Below are positions 1 to 6,713 of a DNA stretch of 32,283 bases, piece by piece. Source of the stretch: a virus; the IMG/VR virus record IMGVR_UViG_3300009124_000056, positions 1 through 32,283 of that record. One strand, given 5' to 3'. The translations under genes and the position numbers were made by a program. Within the stretch, counting starts at the first letter, position 1, and the number at the start of each line of letters is the position of its first letter. The notes under the pieces were generated by a model that saw only the letters and a program-made list of their open reading frames with translations, made no database searches and was not told the origin of the DNA.

Positions 1-50
1 GCCAGCGCACTGTCGCACGTCTGCACCCACCACTGCGGCTGTATGCCGTA
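1..50. repeat. 50-bp terminal overlap, identical to 32234..32283 (circular closure or terminal redundancy of a 32,233-bp unit)
   Basis: Read directly: GCCAGCGCACTGTCGCACGTCTGCACCCACCACTGCGGCTGTATGCCGTA occurs at both ends. A minus-strand ORF is in frame across the join. Confidence 0.95.
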
Positions 51-236
51 ACCCTGCCGGTATCGCTTCGCCTCAATGCTGAATGGAAAGTCAGGCATAT
101 CGACGCAGATCAGATCGCCGTGGTCTGCCTCGCGGTACTGCTCAATGTCGCGCTTGAACGTCAAGCCCAGTTCATCTAACAGGATCTTCGCCAGTTCCCG
201 CTCAAATGCCGCGCCCTTGTTGCGCCCATTAACCAT
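1..236 (-). CDS. Hjc/RecU-like PD-(D/E)XK nuclease (putative Holliday-junction resolvase), N-terminal part. The ORF leaves the window start and continues at 32233..32035 (144 aa in total).
   Basis: The ATG at 236 overlaps the stop of the upstream RHH gene (ATGGTTAA). My translation is MVNGRNKGAAFERELAKILLDELGLTFKRD..GDLICVD..FSIEAKRYRQG, which gives a G-x-x-FE, D, E-x-K order. The frame is continuous with track ORF 32035..32259 through the 50-bp overlap. Confidence 0.7.
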   Translation of the reverse strand, partial: MVNGRNKGAAFERELAKILLDELGLTFKRDIEQYREADHGDLICVDMPDFPFSIEAKRYRQGYGIQPQWWVQTCDSAL

Positions 237-429
237 CGCGCTTGATCCCGCGCAATGCGCCAGCCGCGTCAAACGCTGGCTTTTCTTCCAGCATTTTATC
301 CAGCGCCTTGTCGAGAATATCGTCAGCCAGTGCGGCCATTGAGCGGTGCGCTGATGCGTCGAGTGCGAGCCGCAGCTTGTCCATTGTGGTGTTTCGCAGT
401 CGGAAATGCGCCTGTGTCGTGGGTGCCAT
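229..429 (-). CDS. Ribbon-helix-helix (Arc/CopG/MetJ-like) DNA-binding protein, first gene of the long minus-strand transcription unit
   Basis: This is the internal ATG of track ORF 229..504, chosen because the upstream part lies in the intergenic switch region. The sequence MAPTTQAHFRLRNTTMDKLRLALDASAHRSMAALADDILDKAL fits a beta-strand followed by two helices. It is 66 aa. Confidence 0.6.
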   Translation of the reverse strand: MAPTTQAHFRLRNTTMDKLRLALDASAHRSMAALADDILDKALDKMLEEKPAFDAAGALRGIKRDG

Positions 430-555
430 ATCAACTTTCTTTCGTTTGTTTTCAATCACTTGTACGATTTTGTGCAAAAACATACACAGCCACCCTTGTA
501 CCACACTGGTAGATGTTGTATATAATCATTATTGACACCAAACAGGGAGTTACCG
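430..555. promoter_or_regulatory. Divergent regulatory (switch) region between the minus-strand RHH gene and the plus-strand operon
   Basis: 126-bp AT-rich gap between divergent starts. On the plus strand, TTGTAC (496..501) is followed by 17 nt and then TATATA/TATAAT (519..526), with GGGAG (545..549) upstream of the ATG at 556. CTTGTAC is repeated at 459..465 and 495..501, and related sites are TGTGCA (471..476) and TTGTAT (516..521). Confidence 0.45.
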
Positions 556-768
556 ATGATTAAATTAAAGAAAATGCAGAGCGTAGATTTTCTCGCTTGC
601 AAGGGCGCAGTTTGGGTTGTTGTGGGTCATGAAGATATCCGCGTTCAACAAGTCGGTTCGCGTTGGCTCGCTGATTTGTATGACGCCGATGGCAAGTATG
701 TTCGCAACATAATGAAATGGAGTGACCGCAACGGCTTGGTTGAGGCACTTGCTCACGTCTTAGTTTAA
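556..768 (+). CDS. Hypothetical protein (70 aa), first gene of the plus-strand operon
   Basis: Track ORF 532..768. I prefer the ATG at 556 because GGGAG lies 6 nt upstream. I recognise no motif. Confidence 0.6.
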   Translation: MIKLKKMQSVDFLACKGAVWVVVGHEDIRVQQVGSRWLADLYDADGKYVRNIMKWSDRNGLVEALAHVLV

Positions 769-793
769 TTTTCAAAAACAAGGGAAATCACAA

Positions 794-1435
794 ATGACCA
801 AATACGTTGCTTACTATCGTGTCTCAACCAAACGCCAAGGCCAATCCGGCCTTGGCCTCGAAGCCCAGCAGGCGCTGGTTGCGCCATACGCTGACGGCAT
901 CATCCACTCATTTACTGAGGTTGAGAGCGGCAAGGTTGACGCCCGGCCACAGCTTGACGCCGCCCTCGCGCTTTGCCGCGAGACTGGCGCGTCCATCCTC
1001 ATCGCCAAGATTGACCGCCTGTCGCGTGACGCCGCGTTTCTGCTGACACTGCGTAAGGCTGGCGTCGACATCATCGCCGCCGACATGCCCAACGCTGGCA
1101 CGTTAGAGTTCGGCGTCCGGGCTGTTGTCGCACAGCATGAACGCGAAGAGATCAGCAAGCGCACCAAGGACGCCCTCGCAGCCGCCAAGGCGCGCGGCGT
1201 CAAGCTGGGCTGCCCCAACCCACGCGCCGGCGGTTTGGCATCAGGTGCCGCCCGGCGCGAAAAGACACAGCGCGTTGCCGCCAAGGCGATGCCAATCATT
1301 ACTGCCCTGCGTGACGCCGGTGCGTCACTACGGGCTGTAGCCAGCAAGTTGAATGAGGCTGGCATACCATCCGCTATGGGTGGTGCGTGGCACGCAACCA
1401 GCGTGCGTAACTTAATCAATGCAATGGGAGACTAA
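794..1435 (+). CDS. Small serine recombinase (resolvase/invertase family) with a C-terminal DNA-binding region
   Basis: N-terminal YYRVSTKRQ catalytic-serine motif, IAKIDRLSRD, and EREEISKRTKDAL. It is 213 aa, and AAGGGAAA lies upstream of the ATG. Confidence 0.9.
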   Translation: MTKYVAYYRVSTKRQGQSGLGLEAQQALVAPYADGIIHSFTEVESGKVDARPQLDAALALCRETGASILIAKIDRLSRDAAFLLTLRKAGVDIIAADMPNAGTLEFGVRAVVAQHEREEISKRTKDALAAAKARGVKLGCPNPRAGGLASGAARREKTQRVAAKAMPIITALRDAGASLRAVASKLNEAGIPSAMGGAWHATSVRNLINAMGD

Positions 1436-1437
1436 AA

Positions 1438-1557
1438 ATGGTTAAAGAATTTTTTGGGTTTTTGTTTCTAATGACGGTGGCGATTGCTGGGTTTACCAAC
1501 ATCGTCACTGACGAATACAACGTGTGGGCCTTGATGGTCAAACTAGGGGGGCAGTGA
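1438..1557 (+). CDS. Possible 39-aa hydrophobic peptide
   Basis: My translation is MVKEFFGFLFLMTVAIAGFTNIVTDEYNVWALMVKLGGQ. It fills the gap between two genes in an AT-rich stretch. It is below the track cutoff, so support is weak. Confidence 0.3.
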   Translation: MVKEFFGFLFLMTVAIAGFTNIVTDEYNVWALMVKLGGQ

Positions 1558-1558
1558 T

Positions 1559-1768
1559 ATGAAGATCACTAGACTGAAAAGAGGGTATCGCATCAATATG
1601 TCTGACACAGAATATGAGTTGTATTTGCGTTTTGTTGATGCTGGCAGTTGCGATATGGCGAATATGGATGATGATCCAACCGATCCAATTGATAGATATT
1701 TTAATCGTATCAATGGAACGGAAAAAATTTCAGATTGGTCAACAATAGCTGATGACAGGAGAAACTAA
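1559..1768 (+). CDS. Hypothetical protein (69 aa) in an AT-rich block
   Basis: Track ORF. Its stop overlaps the next start (TAATG). I recognise no motif. Confidence 0.55.
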   Translation: MKITRLKRGYRINMSDTEYELYLRFVDAGSCDMANMDDDPTDPIDRYFNRINGTEKISDWSTIADDRRN

Positions 1769-2724
1769 TGGTTGGAAAACTTACACCAGATTGGATGCTG
1801 TCGGCATCCCGCATACCAGTGTTGCTGAACGCATCACCGTATCAAACGCAGAATGATCTGTTGGCTGAGATGATCAAGATCGATGAGGGCGGCGAGCCAA
1901 CGCGCATACCGCAGAATGAACTGATGGCGTGGGGCGACAGGCTGGAACCCATCGTGTTGACCGAAGCCGCAGCCCGGCTTGGCCTGACCAACGTCGAGTT
2001 GGATTTCACTGAGGCGGTCAAGCACGATCACTTGCCACTGGCTGCGTCGCTTGACGGCGTCGGCTGTGGCAAGGGCGACATCATCGCGGATCTAAACAAG
2101 GGCATCTACACGCCGTTTGCATCCCGCGTCGACATCTCTGGCCTTGGTTGCCTTGAGGCCAAGACGACACAGGCAATGGCTGAAGACTTGCCGCCCAATC
2201 ATCGCGGCGTGTTTCAATTGCAGGCACAGATGATGTGTACCGGGTACAAGTGGGGCGCTGTCTGTGTACTGTACCGGGGCAGTGAGTTACGCATATTTGT
2301 TTATGAGGCTGACCTTGAATTGCAGATGCGTATCATGCAGGCGGTGCATGACTTTGAGCAGCGCCGCAAAAACAAAGACTGGTATGAGCCAGTCAGCGCC
2401 GAAGATGCGGCAACCGCATACAGCCGGGTGGACGATGGCGCACCGCCCATCGAACTCGCCAGCGAGCAGGCGCGTGACTGGCTGAACCAGCTAGTCGTCG
2501 CCAAGCGCAACAAGGCCGTGGCTGAACAGGACATCGATGAGGCAAGCGCCGCAATTATGCAGATTATGGGCAGCCACAAAGAGGCCGTCGGCACAGTGGG
2601 CAATCAAATGATCAAGGTCACTTGGCCGGAGCGCCGGTTCAAGGCACAGCCAGAGCGCATCGTCCCGGCCAAGCCTGAGACTGTCGCACGTCAGAAAACA
2701 TTAACCATAAAGGAACTAAACTAA
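1768..2724 (+). CDS. YqaJ-type (lambda-exonuclease-like) PD-(D/E)XK exonuclease with a C-terminal extension of about 100 aa
   Basis: SRIPVLLNASPYQT, NELMAWGDRLEP, ASLDG, GCLEAKTT (E-x-K) and QLQAQMMCTGY occur in the order typical of YqaJ proteins. GGAGAA lies upstream of the ATG. Confidence 0.8.
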   Translation: MVGKLTPDWMLSASRIPVLLNASPYQTQNDLLAEMIKIDEGGEPTRIPQNELMAWGDRLEPIVLTEAAARLGLTNVELDFTEAVKHDHLPLAASLDGVGCGKGDIIADLNKGIYTPFASRVDISGLGCLEAKTTQAMAEDLPPNHRGVFQLQAQMMCTGYKWGAVCVLYRGSELRIFVYEADLELQMRIMQAVHDFEQRRKNKDWYEPVSAEDAATAYSRVDDGAPPIELASEQARDWLNQLVVAKRNKAVAEQDIDEASAAIMQIMGSHKEAVGTVGNQMIKVTWPERRFKAQPERIVPAKPETVARQKTLTIKELN

Positions 2725-2936
2725 TGGCTCGCCCTCGCGATTACAGCGCCACTGAGCGCGTCTACGATGCGATAGTGTCATACACTGCCAACAATCCCTA
2801 CCCGCCGTCACAGAGCGAAATAGCGGCGATGGTGGGCAGGAGCCGCACGGCAGTCGTCAAACAGCTTGAGCATCTGGTGGCTGCTGGCCGCATTGAGATA
2901 CCGCTAGGCCGCCATCGCGGCATCAAGGTGCTGTGA
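2724..2936 (+). CDS. LexA N-terminal DNA-binding-domain-only protein (winged HTH, 70 aa); no hinge or peptidase domain
   Basis: YPPSQSEIAAMVGRSRTAVVKQLEHLVAAGRIEIPLGRHRGIKVL aligns by eye with E. coli LexA [46 protein letters not shown]. The ORF stops where the LexA DNA-binding domain ends. Confidence 0.75.
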   Translation: MARPRDYSATERVYDAIVSYTANNPYPPSQSEIAAMVGRSRTAVVKQLEHLVAAGRIEIPLGRHRGIKVL

Positions 2937-3079
2937 TGGGTGTGCCAACGAAAGAGGAAATCAAGCAGGCGTTGCAGATACCCAAGGCGACGCCGCCGCT
3001 TGACAGCCTTGGCCGGACGAACAGGCCAACCACCACAAAAAATATGATGCTAAAGATAAAAGAGAAGGGGCAGCGCTAG
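2936..3079 (+). CDS. Possible 47-aa protein, last ORF of the plus-strand operon
   Basis: The ATG overlaps the preceding TGA (GTGATGG). My translation is MGVPTKEEIKQALQIPKATPPLDSLGRTNRPTTTKNMMLKIKEKGQR. The stop lies inside the terminator hairpin. Confidence 0.35.
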   Translation: MGVPTKEEIKQALQIPKATPPLDSLGRTNRPTTTKNMMLKIKEKGQR

Positions 3080-3093
3080 CTGCCCTTTTTCTT
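3067..3093. terminator. Bidirectional intrinsic terminator at the convergence of the plus-strand and minus-strand units
   Basis: GGGCAGC-gcta-GCTGCCC (3068..3085) is followed by TTTTTCTT on the plus strand and preceded by an A-rich run that gives a U-tract on the minus strand. Both convergent ORFs stop within it. Confidence 0.8.
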
Positions 3094-3444
3094 ATTCTGG
3101 AAACTTTCCAGCGCACCGGCACCAAAGTAAAAGCCCAAGATAATCATCATCGCGTAGTTAATACTGAACTGTTCCATCACCTTGGTCACAGCGTCCGGGT
3201 CACCCGTGCCAATGATGGTCATAGTCAACACGATGATGTAGCTGGCTAAGAACGTGAAGCCAAACATCAGGGCAAGGTAACGCTGCGCCAATTTGAATGG
3301 CGCGTATGCGTTCATCAAATCTATCCGCGCCTTGCTCTTGGCCGCGATCTCTTCCTCTGTTGATGTATGCATGTCGTCAATCAGCTTGATGCCTTGTTTG
3401 ATGACACTGTCAGATCCTAAGATTTTTCCTAATACGCCTAGCAT
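3076..3444 (-). CDS. Holin-like membrane protein
   Basis: It has at least two hydrophobic helices (YLALMFGFTFLASYIIVLTMTII and NYAMMIILGFYFGAGAL) and a charged C-terminus (NKKKGS). It lies immediately downstream of the endolysin. Confidence 0.6.
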   Translation of the reverse strand: MLGVLGKILGSDSVIKQGIKLIDDMHTSTEEEIAAKSKARIDLMNAYAPFKLAQRYLALMFGFTFLASYIIVLTMTIIGTGDPDAVTKVMEQFSINYAMMIILGFYFGAGALESFQNKKKGS

Positions 3445-3816
3445 CTAATAACTCCATACGTTGGGGCGTGGGCCGCCCTTGAATGTATCCAAATGCAGGA
3501 ACCGGCCTGACCCTTTTTGAGCCACGCCAATGCCGGTAAAGCCGTGCTTGAATGCCAGCTTCATCAGGTCATAGCAGTCAGTGCCAGCCACAGCCACGTC
3601 AACAGCAATGCCTCTGGTATGCACACCCGGCGCTGCCTTGCTGGCCTCGACGCTGTGTTGCGGCGAGCGGTAGGCGCTGGTGATTGTCATCGGCTTGCCA
3701 TAATCATCGCGCAATGCCTGCAATTTCTGCATAAAAATTTCAGACATCTTGCAGTCGCCGGTTTCACTGCACCGCATCTCTGCCTCGCTAAAACTTGGGT
3801 AATCTTTCCAGTTCAT
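3445..3816 (-). CDS. Endolysin, peptidase M15 (zinc D-Ala-D-Ala carboxypeptidase-like) family
   Basis: SAYRSPQHS, GVHTRGIAVDV and RFLHLD give the H, D, H metal-ligand pattern of M15 peptidases. It is 123 aa. Confidence 0.85.
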   Translation of the reverse strand: MNWKDYPSFSEAEMRCSETGDCKMSEIFMQKLQALRDDYGKPMTITSAYRSPQHSVEASKAAPGVHTRGIAVDVAVAGTDCYDLMKLAFKHGFTGIGVAQKGSGRFLHLDTFKGGPRPNVWSY

Positions 3817-4226
3817 GATCTCATCTCCAAAACGTCAGCAACCATTTTATCCCAGCTATCCATCTCAGCCCGGCGCGAGAACGCCGACGGCACGATGCGT
3901 CGTGTCTTGAACGACACTGCTGTGATGGGCAGCCACAATACCAGTCGCTCATCGGGGTTACACAAGGCCAAAGCATCTGCGTCGCTCCTGTTTATCAATC
4001 GTTTTTCGCCGCCGCCCTTGGCGCAATTAAAGTGATACGACGGTGTGCGGTATCTTTTCTCTTTGTGAATATTGGCCGTCTTTACCTCAATCCTAATAAA
4101 GCAGTCATCCTTAAACGCCAACAGATCAATGCCGTCTTGTGGGCAATGCGACACGCCCCAGCCATTGTCGATCACTGATGCTGCGGCGATCATCTCACCC
4201 ATAAGGCCGGTTGCGGTTGCTGTCAC
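3813..4226 (-). CDS. Small PD-(D/E)XK endonuclease-like protein (resembles the PDDEXK_5 / intron-encoded endonuclease type)
   Basis: GLMGEMIAAASVIDNGW, then GIDLLAF, then FIRIEVKT, giving G-x-x-GE, D, E-x-K. The GTG start overlaps the upstream stop. Confidence 0.6.
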   Translation of the reverse strand: MTATATGLMGEMIAAASVIDNGWGVSHCPQDGIDLLAFKDDCFIRIEVKTANIHKEKRYRTPSYHFNCAKGGGEKRLINRSDADALALCNPDERLVLWLPITAVSFKTRRIVPSAFSRRAEMDSWDKMVADVLEMRS

Positions 4227-4696
4227 CTAGTTGCCAGCCAGACTATAGCTATCAACACAGCCACTGTCGCAGTACTCAATACGACAGCCCCAATAATCTC
4301 TATAACTTTTTGCCTCATCTCTTGTTGCTTGTAAATCATCTCTTGCCGTTCCCGGCGTATGCGCCCCTCAAGCTGTATCAGGTCAGCCCAAGCCTGTGGG
4401 CCGTATGTCATGTTGAGGAATGTCTTTAACTCTTGCCGCTGTGCCTCTAATCGCTTTTTGGCGGCGAATGCGTTTAGTGCGGTTGCCTCAATGCTGTCGC
4501 CTGACACTATCTTTTTAAACAGCGGCGGGTTCTGTGATTGCTTGACGGCCTGATCAATGTCACTGGCACACTTCATCCAGCGCGACACGTCGCCAATGCA
4601 GCTTTCCAAATCCCGGCCTGCCGCACACATTTGTTTGATTGTATTGAACGCTGCTGTGGCTCCGCTGATGGCTGCGCCTATGGTGATGGGATCCAT
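4223..4696 (-). CDS. Tail-anchored coiled-coil membrane protein (157 aa), lysis-region protein of unknown role
   Basis: I prefer the ATG at 4696 because GGAAGG lies 8 nt upstream. It has a charged helical middle (RLEAQRQELK, RIRRERQEMIYKQQEMRQK) and a C-terminal hydrophobic helix (IIGAVVLSTATVAVLIAIVWLA). Confidence 0.6.
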   Translation of the reverse strand: MDPITIGAAISGATAAFNTIKQMCAAGRDLESCIGDVSRWMKCASDIDQAVKQSQNPPLFKKIVSGDSIEATALNAFAAKKRLEAQRQELKTFLNMTYGPQAWADLIQLEGRIRRERQEMIYKQQEMRQKVIEIIGAVVLSTATVAVLIAIVWLATR

Positions 4697-4902
4697 TGTG
4701 TGAGCCTTCCGGGTTTCAGCGTCTGGCATCGCCACGCCTTTGCGACTAAGCCGTTGTCAATCTCACCAATATCTCGCGCCATTTCCATACAGCGCCGCTT
4801 GCAACTTTCCCGGTCAGGCCAAGTCGGCCCCCTAACATCCCAGAACTCGACACATTGTGATGGGTCAGCAATCATGCAAGCCAACACGATTGCCTTAAAC
4901 AT
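4678..4902 (-). CDS. Small Cys-rich protein with a possible short lipoprotein-type signal (MFKAIVLAC)
   Basis: Track ORF with five Cys residues. Its ATG overlaps the upstream stop (GATGTTTAA). It overlaps the next gene by 19 nt. Confidence 0.5.
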   Translation of the reverse strand: MFKAIVLACMIADPSQCVEFWDVRGPTWPDRESCKRRCMEMARDIGEIDNGLVAKAWRCQTLKPGRLTQWIPSP

Positions 4903-5062
4903 CTTTTCCGATTAGCTTCTGAACGGTCTTGGTTTCCCATATCCGTATCAAAACCCACACACCAGTAACCAAAGCCACCGCATCAGGTGCCATCTCAAGC
5001 CAAGCAGCTACGGTGCCTGTGCCAGCCGCAACGTCAACGATGACTTTGTTTTCTTCGTTCAT
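4895..5062 (-). CDS. Small single-pass membrane protein (55 aa)
   Basis: My translation is MNEENKVIVDVAAGTGTVAAWLEMAPDAVALVTGVWVLIRIWETKTVQKLIGKDV. It is below the track cutoff but fills the 4903..5074 gap. Confidence 0.5.
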   Translation of the reverse strand: MNEENKVIVDVAAGTGTVAAWLEMAPDAVALVTGVWVLIRIWETKTVQKLIGKDV

Positions 5063-5074
5063 CTCTGAACATCC

Positions 5075-5434
5075 TTATGCGTAAGGGCTATCACCACAGC
5101 AAGAAGGCCAAGCCGCCTTTAACTCAGCAATAGTTGTTGCACTATCACCAGCAGTCGGCGCATCGCGCAATGCTTGCTTGTCAGCCACAATCTGTGTAGT
5201 GTCTGCGCCAGTCTCTTGCGCTTTCATAAAGTCAGTGTCCAGTGCCTCAAGCAGTGGCTTGCGAGCCTCACGAACCTTGTCAGCAAAGATTTCTTTTGCC
5301 TTGGTCAAGTCCTCGCTAATCACGCTGCCGGACAGTGTCCAAGCACCACGAAAGTCACGATTTGCAGGAACGGTAGCAGTTGAGGCATCAATCTGATTAC
5401 CGTCCTTATCCACGATATAAGTTGAAACAGCCAT
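5075..5434 (-). CDS. Hypothetical protein (119 aa), helical, with an N-terminal NRDFRGAW motif
   Basis: Track ORF, tightly packed behind the fibre region. Confidence 0.7.
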   Translation of the reverse strand: MAVSTYIVDKDGNQIDASTATVPANRDFRGAWTLSGSVISEDLTKAKEIFADKVREARKPLLEALDTDFMKAQETGADTTQIVADKQALRDAPTAGDSATTIAELKAAWPSCCGDSPYA

Positions 5435-5443
5435 TATAATCTC

Positions 5444-5908
5444 CTAAGCGGCTAAGTTTAGTTCATCAGATATGCGCCAAGCATTGCGCCATTCTCTTGT
5501 CTGCGGTAACTGTTCCTTGCGGCATATTACCATAGTCGGGCGGTTGCCCTCATCCCAATTCTGCCAGACGTGCTGTGGCACATCCTTCTGAATTAGGTAT
5601 TCAATCGCTTCTTCTTCAGTCATCGGGCCAACAGGCTCTGTCTCGTGCAACAGATAGCCGCGTGTGTGCTTTTTAAAGTCAGGCTGCGCTTCGTCCTTTG
5701 CCAGTTCCCAATACACCCACACAGGCGGCAGTATACCGCCCTGCAATGCACACGCCATCCAGTTAGGGTCAGGCACAAGTATTTTAGCGCACTCATCAAT
5801 GCTGTCCTCAAAGACAACACGATAGTCTGACTGCACACCGTCTAGGTTTTCCTTTGCCCAGCACAGACGGTCAAACAGGTGAGTGCCTTTGAACTCTGGT
5901 GTCTGCAT
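5444..5908 (-). CDS. Hypothetical protein (154 aa) with a C-terminal TREWRNAW motif
   Basis: Track ORF. Its start uses the same GGAGACTTAGCGTAATG junction as the fibre-tip paralogs. Confidence 0.7.
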   Translation of the reverse strand: MQTPEFKGTHLFDRLCWAKENLDGVQSDYRVVFEDSIDECAKILVPDPNWMACALQGGILPPVWVYWELAKDEAQPDFKKHTRGYLLHETEPVGPMTEEEAIEYLIQKDVPQHVWQNWDEGNRPTMVICRKEQLPQTREWRNAWRISDELNLAA

Positions 5909-6291
5909 TACGCTAAGTCTCCTTGAACTTGATTATTTAAATTGTCGTAATCTACAATAGTGCCACCATCGTTACAGGTGTTAATTCTGTATTCCCCTGT
6001 GGTTTGTAGAGCATTACTCCCAAGATGTGAAAACAAATTAGAACCGTTTACAGCACAACTAGAAGCAATAGCATAACGAATATCGTTCATGTTATTTGTA
6101 AAAAGCGTATCTGTTCTCCCGTCACCATCATCAGATAATGAACTTACGTTGAAACTTCCCTGTATCGTATGTGTATTACTATCTATTGTTGCGTTAAGCC
6201 AACTTTTACAAGTGCCTTTAACCACATACTGCGTATCAAGTGACCCAGCGGTGCTGTGTTCCATCGTATCTGCTATAATTTTACCAGCCAT
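5908..6291 (-). CDS. Small fibre-tip / receptor-binding-like protein, paralog 3 (127 aa, ends GDLA)
   Basis: N-terminal IIADTM, then NVSSLSDDGDGRTDTLFTNNMNDIRYA, then C-terminal QGDLA. It is visibly AT-richer than the flanks. Confidence 0.65.
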   Translation of the reverse strand: MAGKIIADTMEHSTAGSLDTQYVVKGTCKSWLNATIDSNTHTIQGSFNVSSLSDDGDGRTDTLFTNNMNDIRYAIASSCAVNGSNLFSHLGSNALQTTGEYRINTCNDGGTIVDYDNLNNQVQGDLA

Positions 6292-6713
6292 TATGCTAAG
6301 TCTCCGTGTACTGACATACCAAAATAAATAAGGTCTCTCGCGCTACTATCACTTGCGCGGTTATCAGTGTGAAAATCTGATGATGTCATCTGACGGCTAT
6401 TTGTCGTTGACCTTCCCCACATTCCAAAAATTCCCCCAGCTTCATCTTGTGCTTGTCCAGCACCAGACACAGCATAAAATGAATTAGAAAAACCATTTGT
6501 AAATGTTATTTTGGTAACGCCAGTAGCAATATCTGCGGTTGAAGCAATGTTGAACGCATCTAATGTTGGATGGTCTGTTGCGTCTGCGTCAATGGATGCC
6601 CACGCCTTTGCCAACCCCTGTTCCAAAGACTGTGTAGCAGTAGCACCAACAGTCACAGTGATGTCTTTGGTGGTGGTCTTGCCTGTGAGGGTATCTACTT
6701 TTATCTCACTCAT
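6291..6713 (-). CDS. Small fibre-tip / receptor-binding-like protein, paralog 2 (140 aa, ends GDLA)
   Basis: MSEIKVDTLTG, LAKAWASID, NIASTADIATGVTKITFTNGFSNSFYA, then C-terminal HGDLA. Confidence 0.65.
   Translation of the reverse strand: MSEIKVDTLTGKTTTKDITVTVGATATQSLEQGLAKAWASIDADATDHPTLDAFNIASTADIATGVTKITFTNGFSNSFYAVSGAGQAQDEAGGIFGMWGRSTTNSRQMTSSDFHTDNRASDSSARDLIYFGMSVHGDLA

Noticed and set aside
430-555. A LexA (SOS) box in the switch region or other intergenic gaps
   Set aside because: I saw no CTGT-N8-ACAG or GAAC-N7-GAAC arrangement by eye, so I make no claim beyond generic repeats. A computational scan is still needed.
794-1435. The serine recombinase as a Gin/Cin-type invertase switching the fibre-tip cassettes
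   Set aside because: The three fibre-tip paralogs are all co-oriented. I see no inverted repeats flanking them, and the recombinase lies about 4.5 kb away in a different operon.
3517-4035. 172-aa plus-strand ORF over the endolysin and nuclease genes
   Set aside because: It is antisense to an M15 endolysin with intact catalytic motifs, and its composition is typical of antisense read-through.
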